From NCBI RefSeq assembly GCF_000150275.1, contig NW_002060946.1, positions 7,359,973 to 7,423,972 of the forward strand: DNA of 64,000 nt. Direction: 5' to 3'. The position numbers and the translations under genes are program-made. Below, in pieces: positions 12,868 through 26,800 of this stretch. Origin of the DNA: Trichoplax adhaerens. Taxonomy: Eukaryota > Animalia > Placozoa. Under the pieces are notes generated by a model. That model was given only the letters and a program-made list of their open reading frames with translations. It searched no databases and was not told the origin of the DNA. Within the stretch, counting starts at the first letter, position 1. Each line of letters starts with the position of its first letter.

Positions 12868-15226
12868 TTAGACATCATGATGAACATGCAAACGGGCTCC
12901 ATGATGATCTTTGTTATTATTATTAGCTTCCTCAAAATACATGAAATCCTATTAAAAACGAAAATAGTTAACGTTAAAATATTATTACTCTGGCTTGTTT
13001 ACAAATTTTATTTATTTAGTTACTAATTATCAAAATGCATGCTATCGTTGCTTACAGATACGAAATTTTCTGCCATTGTGAATAAACTACACTATGATGA
13101 CTCAATTACAATACTTACGATTAAGAATACGGCTCCTAGAAGCGTTGCTTTAACTTTAACATCGAGATCCATAGGAACTGAATGGGTGTAATATTTAATA
13201 AGAAATGTTTAAATATATCAGCTTCATTCTGATCAATAATGATACTAAAAGCACATCTTAGCTTACATGTTATTCCGAAGTTATCTGCATCAGTAAATGC
13301 CTCTTTCAAAAGGCCTGACCACTGCTTTGTAATTTTTCCTACTTTTGTTGCTCCATCTTTACTCTTAACCTGCACAATGTGATAGCAATGGTGTAAGGAA
13401 TAGATCGTTAAGTTAATTTATATATCTGGGCTGGTAACTTATTTATTTTTTTTTCTTAACTCTATGGTCTCAACTCATGCCTTTTGATTAAGTAGTTATC
13501 TTATGAGACGGATGTAAATTATTTTCAGATATGTTAGGTACTATTAATCGAAATCACTGTATTCATGCTATTGATTAAGCTATCATACAACTTAGCGTAC
13601 ACTACCTCAAATTCAACATCTCCCATACATGAACATGGACAACAAGGACCTTCAATCGTTAAGACAGTGTTTCCTGCAGCATCGGTAATGTCGAATGCGG
13701 GTGTGAAAAGTGACCACCTGATAAATAATAATTATAATAGTTGTTTTTATTATGTAGGTTGTATTACCACCAGCTATAAATTCTGATACCTAATGGTCAA
13801 ATTGTACGGTATTATCGCAGATATGTGCTATATACGTCTATCCTTTACAATGCATGATACTGAATGAAAACTTAGAAAACAGATCAGATCGCTATAGACT
13901 GATCCCAGTAATGACGAATACTATGCTTAAATTGCTTTTGAACAGAAAAAAATTATTTTAAAGTTTTGCCGGAATTTTGAATGAATGAAATACTAACGAT
14001 TGTTTAACGAAGCCAACGGTATTTCCTGGTGGTGATTCCACCGTTAATTCTTGTAAGAAACATGGGCAGCAACAGCTAGAACATCTGTACGGTCTACTTA
14101 AATGAATTACTTCCCTTTGAGAGTTGTCCAATATTCTTAATTCAAATGGGCGAGCAGGACCACAACATTGTAGTGTACAACAGTCATTATCTAAGGAACA
14201 ATTATAATCATATAGATATTGTTACTGCTTCCATATCAAGTGAAGAGTTATCTCTTGAGGTCTTAAAGGCGTAGAAAAAGTTAGATTGGTGATAATTTCG
14301 GATTTATACCACAAATTTAATGCTAACGAAGGCATACCTTCAGCAGCAAAGTAAACTTGTTGTCCCAATGTATTTTTGACAGCGTACTTGTTTGCGGTTT
14401 CGATATTTGTAAAAACTATCATGAATGAAAGTAATGAGGTTTATGAGATTAAAGGGAAGATATTAGAAAATTTTGCGCTATCATAGCTTCGGTTTCAAAC
14501 TAATAAGTTTAATAATCTTTTACAATAAACTAACATTTTCCATAGCAGATTACTGATTTGGAATTAATTTAAAATTTTTTCATCCATGATCTAATACATT
14601 ATGCAAAAATAACACGATATTTCTTATTCATTAATTTTAAAAACGTTTACAATAATTTAGCTTTCTTAGTAATGTGGTCTTTTAGTAACTACATAAACGC
14701 ATTTTATCGTCGTGTATAATATGCGAGTGTATATGTACGTCTTTAATTAAATTTTAAATCAAACTCAATTAAATGAAGATGATGAGAATTTATAACGTTT
14801 AGTGTCTTGTTTTGTTAAGATATTAGTTAGATATGACCTACGTTCTAAAATTTCAACTTGTTGATGAATGAGCAACTGATCAATTTGGGTTAGATATTCT
14901 AACCCAGGAGGACAACCCGGTGGTCCTTGCGGTGGAGGCATCCACTGAACTGACTGTCGTCCTCTTGGCCGTTGCTGTAATGATGGCCCTCCATAACCTG
15001 GCTGTTGGGCTACACCGCCTGGTGGTAGACCATAACCTGGTTGAACTGGAGGATAACCCGCTTGTTGAATTTGTTGCTGTGGTGATGCCGGATAAGTATT
15101 TTGTGGCGCATAGCCTGGTTTTGGGACTTGTCCGTAGCCGGGCTGTTGAGATCCATAACCTGGTTGAGTGGCGTAACCAGTTTGAGGAGCATACCCAGGT
15201 TGAGATTGTGGATAAACTTGGGCCAT
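12868..15226 (-). CDS. PLSCR: Phospholipid scramblase (PLSCR family), 7 exons, Pro/Gln/Gly/Tyr-rich N-terminus
   Basis: Exons 15226-14842, 14415-14338, 14190-13998, 13717-13606, 13369-13267, 13177-13119, 12948-12868 splice into an open frame with hallmark motifs: [108 protein letters not shown]. Confidence 0.95.
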
Positions 15227-15508
15227 AACAATCAATGAAGATCAAAAATTGTCCTAATAAATCGAAATAGTCTTTCAATGACGGTAATTATCAGTCTACT
15301 ATAATTTTAATTTAAATTTCTCTGCCTTACAACTGGAACTAGTATGTGATAATTTTCGGTTCTAATAACAAGTTGCAATAGTATCAAGGACAGATGGATC
15401 ATTAAAGAGTTACTCAATGACTGTCTATTACAATTATTGTACTGTAAATGCATAAATACTGTACTTTAAATCAATAAATTATGTTGCTAACAACACTATC
15501 CATGCTTG

Positions 15509-15630
15509 TGACGTCATTCTGATTGTGAATTATAAAGGTTCGGAGAGAAATCAAATTATTCAATGAATACTGTAGGGCCCTTCGAATACACATTCTTTCT
15601 GCGGGTCCGCTAATCGATTGCCATAGCAAC
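15509..15630. promoter_or_regulatory. Candidate scramblase upstream elements: CRE palindrome TGACGTCA (15509-15516) and X-box-like ATTGCCATAGCAAC (15617-15630)
   Basis: Direct motif matches 280-400 bp upstream of the ATG at 15226. The X-box matches 13 of 14 positions of GTTGCCATAGCAAC. Confidence 0.4.
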
Positions 15631-17115
15631 AGGGTTTAGGACATGCTGATGCCTATATATAGGATTATCGTTTATCAAATCAGTGTTGCAGCTATGCTAC
15701 ATCATTTGCATAATATCACAGAATTGATAGCGCTAAACTTGCAATAAATGGATGATATCATAGTATTACTTAAGTGTTGTTTTACTATAATTCTACAGTG
15801 TAATGCTATATTGGACGAAAAAACTAAGTTAAATTAAACTATCAACAATTGAAGTCCAGAAAAAACTAAATTAGGGGGAAACACCAGTTTATTATTACCT
15901 CAATAATAATCTTAGCGAAATTTCTAAAATGAGTAACAAAATACGGGCAAATCTACTTCCTTAACCAAACAAATTATCAATTAATGATAGGATTCACGGT
16001 TATTCTAGAATTTTCTTGTCTTCTCTGTCTTCAACTGCACTAAACTATCGAACTGCGCCACCTTTTATATGCTACGCAGAGTACTTGATGCTGTTAGACT
16101 ATCCAAGAATAATTCTAAAGTACTCCAAATAAAGCCAGAAATCAAACACACACATTAAAGATAAATTCTACCCTAGATTACGGAAATTACTAAATTATTA
16201 TAATCGTAGTTTAGCTTAATATTGTAGATTTCTACAGTATCTACTAAGAAAAAATAACAGTCTTAAATTGAAACCCAGATCGAATATTCGGGTTCATTTT
16301 GCATGAAATCATAAGATGACATTAACTTCTACCATGATTAATAATCAAAATTAGCCACATATATATTCTATTACAACGTTAGAATTACAATCTCACAATA
16401 TCCCATTTTTAACGAAAAAGTTATGCTACTAATTATCTTGAATTCTAGCCTAAATAAAGCAGTCGGATTTACATTATAATATTCTAAGATACTTAGTAAA
16501 ATATGCTGTTATAATCAATCAAATAAGTCATATTTTTAAAGCTAGAATACTTATCACGATACAAAAACCAAACTAGAATAAGTACAATATAAAAACTTGA
16601 AGTAGAATTCTAAAAATTAACATTCATTATATAATACTTTATGCGAACCTGGAAGAAATAATATACGATGTTATTAAATTCATATCTGATCAGTATTTTC
16701 GATCCTTATTTTAACTTTTTTGCCCCATATATATCTTTACGTATCATGCTCATGATTGATACATGATGAGATTTGTAATTAATCTTCATAGCATATCTAA
16801 TTTTCGATTTCAAAGTTATTTTAACCAAGTTAGTTTTATATTATAGCATGCATATTAATTTTTTTATCCCATTCATGTGTAAATTCTACAGATAATTGCA
16901 CTGATGAAGTTCCACAATAATTTCTGTACTAATTATTACTTGCATACATGGTAGAAATGTGTTACATTATGTTACATCTTAGATGTGCCAATGTAATAAG
17001 GATGCTAATTATTTTACATTACTAAATACGCGATCGCTAATAAAATACTCTGCTATAATGTTAACGTAGATTTCTGACTTCGATCACTTGTGTTATAAAT
17101 GTCTAGCTTTACGGA

Positions 17116-17560
17116 TTATTTAAAGAGTACTATTACGATATTTCGAAAGGTTTTGTTGTAACTAACGAACAAGAATGGATTTTGCACCAATTTAATAAGT
17201 GATAAAAGAGAAAAGAAAGTTATCCAAGCTTTTAGTGCATTGCTGTTTGCTACTGCCATAACTATATTATATGGAAGGTTCCGATCAGAATAACGCTACA
17301 GTATAATGGTATGGTAACAGTCATAAATACCAAGGTTGCGGTAAATATCATTTTAGAAGCTTTAATCTGGTGATGATTGTTCATCGTTCTTATGCTATTC
17401 TTTCCAGTCATGAGCATATTGTTGATTTTTTTAATTATATGAAAATATGAAATTGAAGCTATTAGCAATGATAGTGGAAAGGCTGTTATGATATTAAAAA
17501 TATGAGCAACTTTGCGAAATTTTTTATATACTCTGTACATTAAATCACGCTAATAGGGTG
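17116..17560 (-). pseudogene. 5'-truncated, frameshifted rhodopsin-class GPCR remnant (TM5-TM7)
   Basis: AHIFNIITAFPLSL and IKASKMIFTATLVF in ORF 17262-17540. After a frameshift near 17265 it continues ...LVQNPFLFVSYNKTFR, matching the intact paralogs. Confidence 0.8.
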
Positions 17561-18059
17561 AACTCAGTAAATTCTTTTAATCAAGTCCATATTGATGAGC
17601 GACTTTTGGAAATTGATTATTTTCTTAGGTCAAATATCATAAATTTATTTTATTGTATTTTAGTTATTATGTGAACCGCTTGTATTCAAGCGAGAGTATT
17701 CAAGCTAGAATACAAGCCAGTTAACTACTTCAGTATTTATTATTTTCATAACTCAAATTAGCAATAGCGCCTGAAAAACATCTGAGCCATAAATGGATAA
17801 TTACGTTCTATTAAACAACTAACTCTCTGAGAAAGCTAATTTACTAAATGGCAATTATCCGGTAATTGATCCATATATTGTACCTATTTTGCTACATTAA
17901 TGATTAATTAGTTCGATATGGAAGTACAGGTTATAGAAAGTTGAACGAGTACAATGATAATTTATTAATTATTCCGTGTATGAAGTACTAAAATCTATAT
18001 GTGGAGTTTTACTCAAGTGGTATGATCAATTCGGGGTATTCCAGCTAATGCTTTTCAGC

Positions 18060-18480
18060 ATTACTTGACGAATACTACTATAGTAAATTATGAACAAGAC
18101 AGGATTCTACACAGAAGTATTAGCTTCCAATACTGACAAGAAAGTAAAAGCAATGCATTATGTCAGGTTATTATTTAGCAGTAGTAAATCGGGTTTAGAA
18201 ATATTAGATGAAATAATGAAAATCCAAGACAAAAAAATTTGCTATGATGAAACTGTAAAGGTCATAGTTACAATTTTAATCATTTTAATTGCAATAACTT
18301 GGTGAATAATGGTACGAGAATTGCCAATATCAGATTTTGGGAGAGGTGATGATCTGATTTTCCTTTTGATTTCAAAAGCATGATGACATAACTGTAAGTA
18401 GAGGATTAGATATTATCTTGCCAGGGATTTGTATTATGGGTCATACGAAGCTATTGTATGCATTGAATGATTTAATATCG
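18060..18480 (-). pseudogene. Highly decayed GPCR remnant (TM5-TM7)
   Basis: The minus strand reads HQVIAIKMIKIVTMTF.. and SV*NPVLFIIYYSSIRQ, with several stops. These match the family motifs IxATKMM and QNPILF..YNKTFRQ. Confidence 0.65.
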
Positions 18481-19644
18481 CATATATAAGGGTATTTTAG
18501 ATTATTTGAGCTGTATCAGTGATAGATATATTAAGACAAACTCCAGTTAGTCTAATAGTCGTGATAGTGATAGCTTACATTTGTGTTTGCTAAAACGGAT
18601 TCTATTCTCGCCGAATGATTTATTGCGAGATAGCACTTTATACTTTGAGCAGTAAACGAACGGAGAACATTGGTTAAGATACTGTAATAGTAAAAAAGCT
18701 AACCTGGCAAGTAAACTTCAATGCAGATGGATTAAGCGAAAAATAATCTAACGACGATTCTGCATCGATTAATAAAATTGCAGAAAACAACAACATAATA
18801 CCTAATACGGTCATATTTGTGAATATTATGTATGACAAGGTATTAAAATGGAAATGAAAGCTTAACTTGAACTGTTTCTTAAATTTTTCAGGAGTAGTAT
18901 GTTTAAATTATTTTCTTACTTAAAAGCTCTTGCTAAGTAAAACATTAAATTCATTTAAACTTGCATTAATGCAATTATACGTGATGGTGATTTTAATGGC
19001 CTCTAATAAATTTTGAGAATTATCTGAGATATTTTTATTTATGTGTTATTAACTAGAATTTCAAAAAATACGCTTAATTTCCGATGCCACTATTTTAACT
19101 ATCTTCTCGCCGATTGGTGAGATTCTCCTACGGATATCTTGTTTAAAGTATGGTAGCCTGATACAAATGAACTTTAAGATTTTATTTTAAATCAATAAAT
19201 TATAGCGTCCTTATCAGGAATAAATGATTTATTCTTCAATTTTCCAACTGGTAATAGGTATAAGGTGTTATATGACTTCCTTTATGATTTAATATTTGAT
19301 TGAATTAAGATATCATAACCTGGATTGCTAAACCAATATCATATCTACAACATGGAAGAAATAATTATGAAAACATTTAGTCGACCTTATTAAGTCATGC
19401 TTTCAATCTGATAGGTCTTAAAAGTACAACTATATTCTCGCAGCTGAAACTAAGTCGATTTAATTCATTCTTTAAAGATCTAAATCATTGCTAATACGTC
19501 CTATTGATAATGAAAAATTAGGTCTATATTTTATTAACATAGGGAAACAAATAGAAATATGATTATTAATAGGTTTTAAGCAACAGCACAGGTACGTGTA
19601 TTTAAAATTTTGTTATGTGTTGGTTTGGAAATATTTAGATCTTA

Positions 19645-20655
19645 TTATATTTTCCGACAACATCGTATCGACAATACAGCTTGACGGAATGTTTTATTAT
19701 AACAGTAAAATAAGATTGGGTTTTGAATCGTTTCTGAAGCAGTCAGTAAAGAAGTAATAGTAAGAGCAGATAGTATGCCGGTTGGGCTCTGGAATAAGGT
19801 GGCAACGGCAAACGGATCTAATGAACCTAAGACAATGGATACTGTATATAAAATCGAAGTATTAATCATGAAAGAGATTGTTGCAATCATCATCATCTTG
19901 GTAGCTTGAATTCGACGACGATTACTGCTCCCAATACCATTGCTGCAATGATTGAGTGGAACTGGTAGAGATTTAAGTTTTTGAGTTATACGATAATAAA
20001 GCACGCAGATTGTTGTAAGCGGTATAGGGAATGTTATAATGATATTGAAAATATGTGCCAGTAGTAGTGCCAAATTAGTATCCCGAAAGTTTTCAAGAGA
20101 ACAAATATTATTACTATTTTGAATTGGCTTAACCATTAAAACGACTGGAATCGAGGTAGATATACCGATTAACCATATAGAAATTATTACTGTATAAAGA
20201 ATGAAAGGTTTGATTAATAGTGATTTAGAATTGGGCTGGAGGTTAATAGTGAAGTATCGATCGATACTAATGGTCATGAATGAAAGGGCAGAAACGGTAT
20301 AAGAAGAAACGAAACTTAAACTATTACATTGGCAAATTACGAAGTAACTCAGGCTATCAATAGGTGATCCTGTATTCTGGATAATAGAAAGGATAGTAAA
20401 TAAACCGGATGATATCATTAACATCATATCTGATATTGCCATACTGACAGATAAAATATAAGAGGGAGTGTGAAATTTTTTGTTGACATAAATAGTATAG
20501 ATGAGAGTTATATTAGCAATAAGCCCGAATAGATATAAAAGTAAAACTGCTCCATAAGCGTAAAGAGAAGGGTATATGCCTTCCATTCGGATGCTCTTGT
20601 TTGATTGGTTATGGAAGATTCTAATTGAGTTGAAGTTTTGTATTTCTTTGAACAT
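19645..20655 (-). CDS. Intronless rhodopsin-class (class A) GPCR
   Basis: 336 aa, seven hydrophobic segments, TM1 ..IAN, TM2 SMAISD, TM3 ISIDRY, TM4 W, TM5 FPIP, TM7 QNPILF, helix 8 FRQA. The start may be the downstream Met (MEGIY). Confidence 0.92.
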   Translation of the reverse strand: MFKEIQNFNSIRIFHNQSNKSIRMEGIYPSLYAYGAVLLLYLFGLIANITLIYTIYVNKKFHTPSYILSVSMAISDMMLMISSGLFTILSIIQNTGSPIDSLSYFVICQCNSLSFVSSYTVSALSFMTISIDRYFTINLQPNSKSLLIKPFILYTVIISIWLIGISTSIPVVLMVKPIQNSNNICSLENFRDTNLALLLAHIFNIIITFPIPLTTICVLYYRITQKLKSLPVPLNHCSNGIGSSNRRRIQATKMMMIATISFMINTSILYTVSIVLGSLDPFAVATLFQSPTGILSALTITSLLTASETIQNPILFYCYNKTFRQAVLSIRCCRKI

Positions 20656-22079
20656 GATGTAATCGTAAATCTTCTAGATACGTATTCTAAGAATTAATCC
20701 TGAAAATGCATGGAAAAATTTCCTCGCTAGAAGTTCTCGCCAGGCCTAACCTTTTATATCGTTTCTATTTTTAAGTGTATTAGTATTACTATTTCCTGTA
20801 AGTTCCTTTACAGATGTAAATAAGAAAAGTAAAGATTTAGGCTATACCTTTCTATTAATATATTTTTTAATGCTTTGTATCCCGTATTCAAATATATTTA
20901 ATAGCATAGGAACTAATTATTTACGGTTTGTAGTGGTTTTAATAAATTTTTAATACTAGTCATTAGATAATATATTTTGCGTCTGAAGTTGGCTTGAGTT
21001 ATTCTAAGGCCTATTTATAGAAGTAAAACAGCCAGGCTTGTTAAGATGTAAATTGGTCCTTCTTTTACATAAGATTATTCATCATTGTAATTCAAACATT
21101 TTATTAATAATCTTCAGTGGCTGCTGAACTTTTTTCGGCCACATCAATTTTAAATTTGAAACTATCGCTTTATTGCGCATTATTAAGTGCCGGTACCGGT
21201 AAATGCTTTAAAGTCTATTGTATTTAATTATATTATTAGTAATTTGCTGGCTGGTAGCGATAATTGGTATCGGATAGGTTTCGGAAGGGACTAATTATTA
21301 TCAAAAATTAAAATAGTACATCATTCAATATCCTACAAAAATTTCTATTTAACAAATTATCATATTCTGTGTGTGGTATTCTTCCAATACTATAATTTTA
21401 TAGTAGATAAATATAAATCAATTAAAATCTAAATTGAAATAAACTTTTTAATAGTGAAAGTATCGAACTAAGATTATTTCTTAAACTGAATGGAAGTAAA
21501 AAAGCAATTCGTTTGACTTCTGTTTAATTGCATCATTACTTTCGAGAAAATCATGATGGTAGCTGTTGATTCTACTTAGTAAAGTTTAATTTTAGTATAG
21601 GTACACAATACTATTGAGTATATATTTGTTCAATTGCAATGTATAACTCTGTTACTTTGCTTTACTGTCATCAATTCTAGAACAATGTTATGTAACTAAA
21701 ATTATTTATAAATGAATACAGGTATAACTCTTATGGAAACTCATCCTCTCTTATTTCATAAGCAGTATTCAAATTGAAATTAGGAGCATTTTTATTTGTT
21801 TATTAGTTTCTTATGGCTTTGTAATGACACGCAATAAGGTCAAAAAGCCATATAAAGAAGCAACTATGAGTATAATAATTACTGCTTTGATGTGCACATA
21901 TGACCATATTAAAGACTACATTTGAAACATAGTAAGCCTGGACGATAAGTTACTGTAAAGTAAATTTTGGTATTAATTTAGTTACAGATATATGAAATTT
22001 TGAGAAAAAATTCGTGGTATAAATTATTCGTCTTGATTCGCAGAGTAGAACTAAAATGTTTACCTGCAATGACGATGAT

Positions 22080-22441
22080 TGTCGCGACTGCTAGACTAGC
22101 ATCGCTAGATAATATTATTCTTAAGTATTAATATCTACAGCTATTCATAATTTGGGACAACTATCTCGTAACGTTGCTCCGGTATTTGATAGATTTATAT
22201 TGTATGGTACAGACGTGTTATCAGCTAACTACGTTACACTGCAGAAGGGCATCTCAAGAATGTTATCACAATGTTAGATAAGATACACGTACTCATACCA
22301 ATGGTAGAGTATATAAGGAGGAGGAAAAATTAAATAAAGGATTATTATTTTTGACCACCTTAAGAAGCATTAAAGATTATCTGTTGGAGGCTCAGCGAGA
22401 TTCAGCACGCTTCAATAAGAATTTCAGGCTGAGTCACAACA
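22080..22441 (+). mobile_element. Solo-LTR-like element (362 bp)
   Basis: Starts TGTCGCGAC and ends GTCACAACA (imperfect terminal inverted repeat). Flanked by a 5-bp direct repeat ATGAT (22075-79, 22442-46). Internal TATATAA (~22310) followed by AATAAA (~22333). Confidence 0.65.
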
Positions 22442-23229
22442 ATGATACCGCGTAGATGTCAATTCAATCCAGAAGGCATAAACTATGATAGGGTTGTAGA
22501 ATTTTCGTCTCCTTACATTGTTATCTATTGCAAACTGTAAGTTAGATCTCGATCAATAAATTTTAAATAAAGAGCGCCGGTAACTTAGCATCTTTGAATT
22601 TTTACTTGAGTTACGTCAATCGGATAATTAATATAATTTGATATATGACTGCTATTATCTGGTATTATATATGATATAATTTATTTATGGTGATCAGAAG
22701 CATTATTTATTTCAGTGTGTAGATTATTGTGGCAATAAATTGGGAGACAGTACGTACTTGATCCCTTGAAAATAAAAGCGATGCTCTATTACAAGTAAAC
22801 GCTTCGAGGATCACACTATTATGAATTTAAATTTAATTCGGTGGTCTAATTTTTAGAAGTAAGTTCAATCTGAGCTAATATCAAACAAATTCTTATAAAA
22901 TATCTCTTTGGAAATACTAAACTTTTCATTTCTTTGTCATCGCTTTTGTAATTATATTACAAGTATACGATATAATTCAATCACAGAATAGTACAACTAG
23001 TAAACTTGATTAATTTTATTAAATTTGAACTTATTTATAAATTTCATTAATCTGATTTAAGTTTATCAATCGAAGTTATAACGTATTTAGAAGCATACTA
23101 TGAACGCATAAATGTTATAATACTCGCAAACATTTAGAAGGATATTTTCTGTTCTATTCTAGCCTAATAATTGATTTATTTCATTATGCTGACTGATATC
23201 GTAATTGGTGCTTTCTTTCTAAAATTATG

Positions 23230-23890
23230 TAAAATTCCGTGGTGTAAGCTTTTATGAAATATTATAAACAGTATAAGATTTTACTTAGACTGTATTGAAC
23301 TTAAAAGTAATATAATTGAAAAGATGACGAAAATGCTATGACTTTGAGGTAATAATATTAGCTGAATCAGTGATATTCTTGAAGATACCCTAACGATTCA
23401 GGCGAAAAATATTGGTGTAGATACCACTACATAAGCAACTGTCGCAATTATAATTGTTTTAATCAAATACATTTGACTCTTCTGATGCTGCGACTGATAC
23501 TATTTTGTGAGGTTATATTTATCTTTTTGATAACCATATAATACTTGGAAAATACAATAAATAAAATTATTGAATAGCTCATCATAAACATAAATATGTG
23601 CATGAAAAATACAGCATAATTAACATTGTCATTATATAGTCGCAAATCGCAAAAGAGAGGAAATTTTGTATTTGTATTTGTGAATCATATAAATCATGTA
23701 GATATTTAAGGATCTACAAGCCAATCTAATTACTATTATAGTTATCATCAAGGCCAATTATTGATTAAAAATAGATTTAGTTCCAGGAGCGCCAACTATG
23801 GTGAAATATCGTTCTATAATGATTGCCACGAAAGATGAGGAAGAGATTGTAAGTGCTGGTGATACCATATACAAATTTAGCTAGCACATA
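23230..23890 (-). pseudogene. Decayed GPCR pseudogene (TM3-TM7)
   Basis: The minus strand reads LTISSSSFVAIIIERYFTI (TM3, ERY). The TM5-like ORF 23463-23645 follows, then a TM7-like stretch with stops and frameshifts. Confidence 0.7.
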
Positions 23891-26800
23891 CGTCTGAACA
23901 ATGCTTCATTAAATGATGAGATTTTCAGCGATGATTTAATACTCAAGGGTACTACTCTCGGAATCTGGAATGCTATATTAATACCTGCCATATTTGCATC
24001 CGGAATACGTGTCATAATTCGCCATTCAGTGCTTTGATTTTCACTTTTACTTATATCGCCTGCGAAAATTGAGACTATTATTGCAGCGAAGCTTGTAGCT
24101 GATTTAAATGCTAGCGATCTGAATATGTAAAACATCTGACATGATATCTTATTAATTCAGTAAAAAATGACAGGACTATCTCCTTTCAATCATCTACCTA
24201 AGATTTAGATATAACGTAGTTAAAAGCTTATTTTTAGTAATACTATCACATCTCATCAATGTATTGTAAGAATAAGCTAAAATTACCAACGCATGATTGA
24301 TTTATAATATAATCATCACTTCTAATGACAGTATGACAAAAAATTCTTCATTATACCAAACTATAAAGTAATATCGATTAGCATCTCAAGGTCTTAATAT
24401 TTTCGTTGCTATTAAAAGCTACAAAACCATAGCGTAAGCATCGCAAATAAAAGAATTTATGAAAATCTTACAATCGAAGGTTCTCTTGAACTGTTAATAT
24501 ACAAACTTATAATTTTTAATTTTAATCTAAATGTTTATGCCGTATTAAATTATTTTAATAAAAATTTTAAATCTTCAATCAAAATATGAGGGCGTTGTCC
24601 TCCGTTGCTTGATAATACTCGCCACGTTATCAATATTTAATTTTACCTAAAACTAAAGTTAAAGTTATTAAGTAATACCAAGGTTTACTTTATTTCAAGC
24701 GTTTGGTGCCTCGGTTGTAATTTGGTATTAACTACTGTATATGCAGTATACTTTAACTTAGTTCTGTTACGAATACGTACGGATATCATCCTGCTGTGCA
24801 ACATAAGATAGGATAACCGTATTGGTACTTGTTATCATAAGAGAACTATATCCAGTAAGGTGATCTGGTTTATCTGTATTCAACCAATAGCCGAAAGACT
24901 ACATATCTATAACTGTGCTTATTATGCAAAGAAGCTCTCCAAGGTTTCTAGTGATGAGAGACTCTCTATGTAGCGAAGTTCGCGAGATTTCGATTGTGGA
25001 GTGCATTAGTGGTATATAACCTCATACATTGCTAAAAGTAGTTCTAATTCTATTTGGATAGAAGTTAATAAACGTAACTTGTGAAGATTACACAAGTATT
25101 ACTTCATCCCTGAGTCTTTACCGGAGTACCTCGACGTCAAGTCACATTTACATAGATATACATCAAGGGCTACAATTATAACAGCCTGTTATATTTAATA
25201 ATGAGTTTACAGAATTACCTGTTATGAGCTTACTGAACAGTACTGTACACTCATAAAGTATAGTATTAGTAATACTCGTACAGTCTATATAACATAGTAT
25301 TATTTCATTTCGCAAGTTAAAGTTAGACTTGTTTGTTTGCACTATGTTGCACCGATATATGATATACGATTATGCATATCGTACAATACTGTATATCGAT
25401 AGTATTACAGGATTATGAACCATGTATAAAGGGGAGATCTTGGTTAGGACTCTAGATTATGAGTTTAGTCTAGTAAGACCCCAGAGTTTGCGAAAGTGCA
25501 CAGTTATAATTGTTCACTCGAAGTATAGAAACGGTATATAAAGGTAGGTACGGAAATTTAAATATGTTAAATGTCTAAATTAATTGCGAGAAGAAAAGAC
25601 AGAGTAACGTATCTGCATAAATTCCCTAGTAAACTGTCTTCTAATAATATCGCTAAATTTTTAACATAATCAGAAGCAAAACTAGAATTTAAGCTATTTA
25701 GATTGTATTAAAAAAGAATTATATTAGTTGAAATAAATACATGTTGAATTAAAAAGAGTAATTTTGTTCAAAATGAAATGTCGTGCGCATTACGATCCAG
25801 CTAATTTAATCATAAATAAATACACAATATTATGGTTGTATTTTAAAGTGCATCAAAGTGCAAAATGAACTGTAATTTTCCAGTAAGTTTCACTGTATTA
25901 AATAAGTTGGAATATCTACTAGGCTGCTGTAAGACAGTGTAATACTGTATTCTAAGTTGATGATATATTTAGTAATATCTACTGTAGTTATTGTGTTCAA
26001 CGTGTGATAGATATTCTATTAGTTGCTTAAGTATTAAATATAGCTAGCTTAGTAACTGAATTTTGAAGAAGAGTGCTACAGTGCTCACACTAGAACTTCA
26101 CATCTAAGGTATAAACTATCATGTATTTGAGATGTTAATACTGAAGTGTGTAGTAAGTAAGGTACTAAGATTGTTAACGCGGAAAAGTATATAAGCGAGT
26201 AGTTTAGTATGGTAACATAGTTATTTCTCGTTAGAGGTCCTCAGCTGATCGATTACGTAGTACTATTGTAAACGAGATTTTGTTCAATAAGTCTTAATTT
26301 TCGAAAGTCTTGAAGATTCTTGATTGATCAACCTTACAGCTGCAAAGAACTGTCTATCTTTAGCCTAATGTCAAATTTATTAGAGCAAAATCTGCAACTC
26401 AAGCAGTAAATGCTACAAATTGATTTAGATGTATTATTATTCCAATCAGGCCGCACTGTCATATCTAAATTTACTATTGTACTAACTATTAATAACTAAC
26501 GCTTTCATTTGAAGTATTACAATCATTTTTTCGCAATATTGAGTAACTTAATGTAATCTATTAATATATCAAGTTTTATTAAGAATGCCGCATGTACATC
26601 GTTATAGAAATACTACTATACTTATTATACTCATCGGTCCCGTCTATGAATAGAAACTTGTACAATCTGATAATATAACATATTATTTTAACGATTTTTA
26701 CTAAGCAAGTCAATATCATAGTCTTTATAGCGATATTCCCACTTAAGTTAATACTGTAGCTGATTTTGACGTGCAGTCAGTATCGTTATTTTTAGTATTT

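Noticed and set aside
14880-15278. Overlapping ORFs in alternative frames of scramblase exon 1
   Set aside because: By-products of the repetitive QPGY-coding, GC-richer exon.
23881-24135. 84-aa minus-strand ORF next to a GPCR remnant
   Set aside because: No convincing match to the family's TM1-2 motifs or any other domain.
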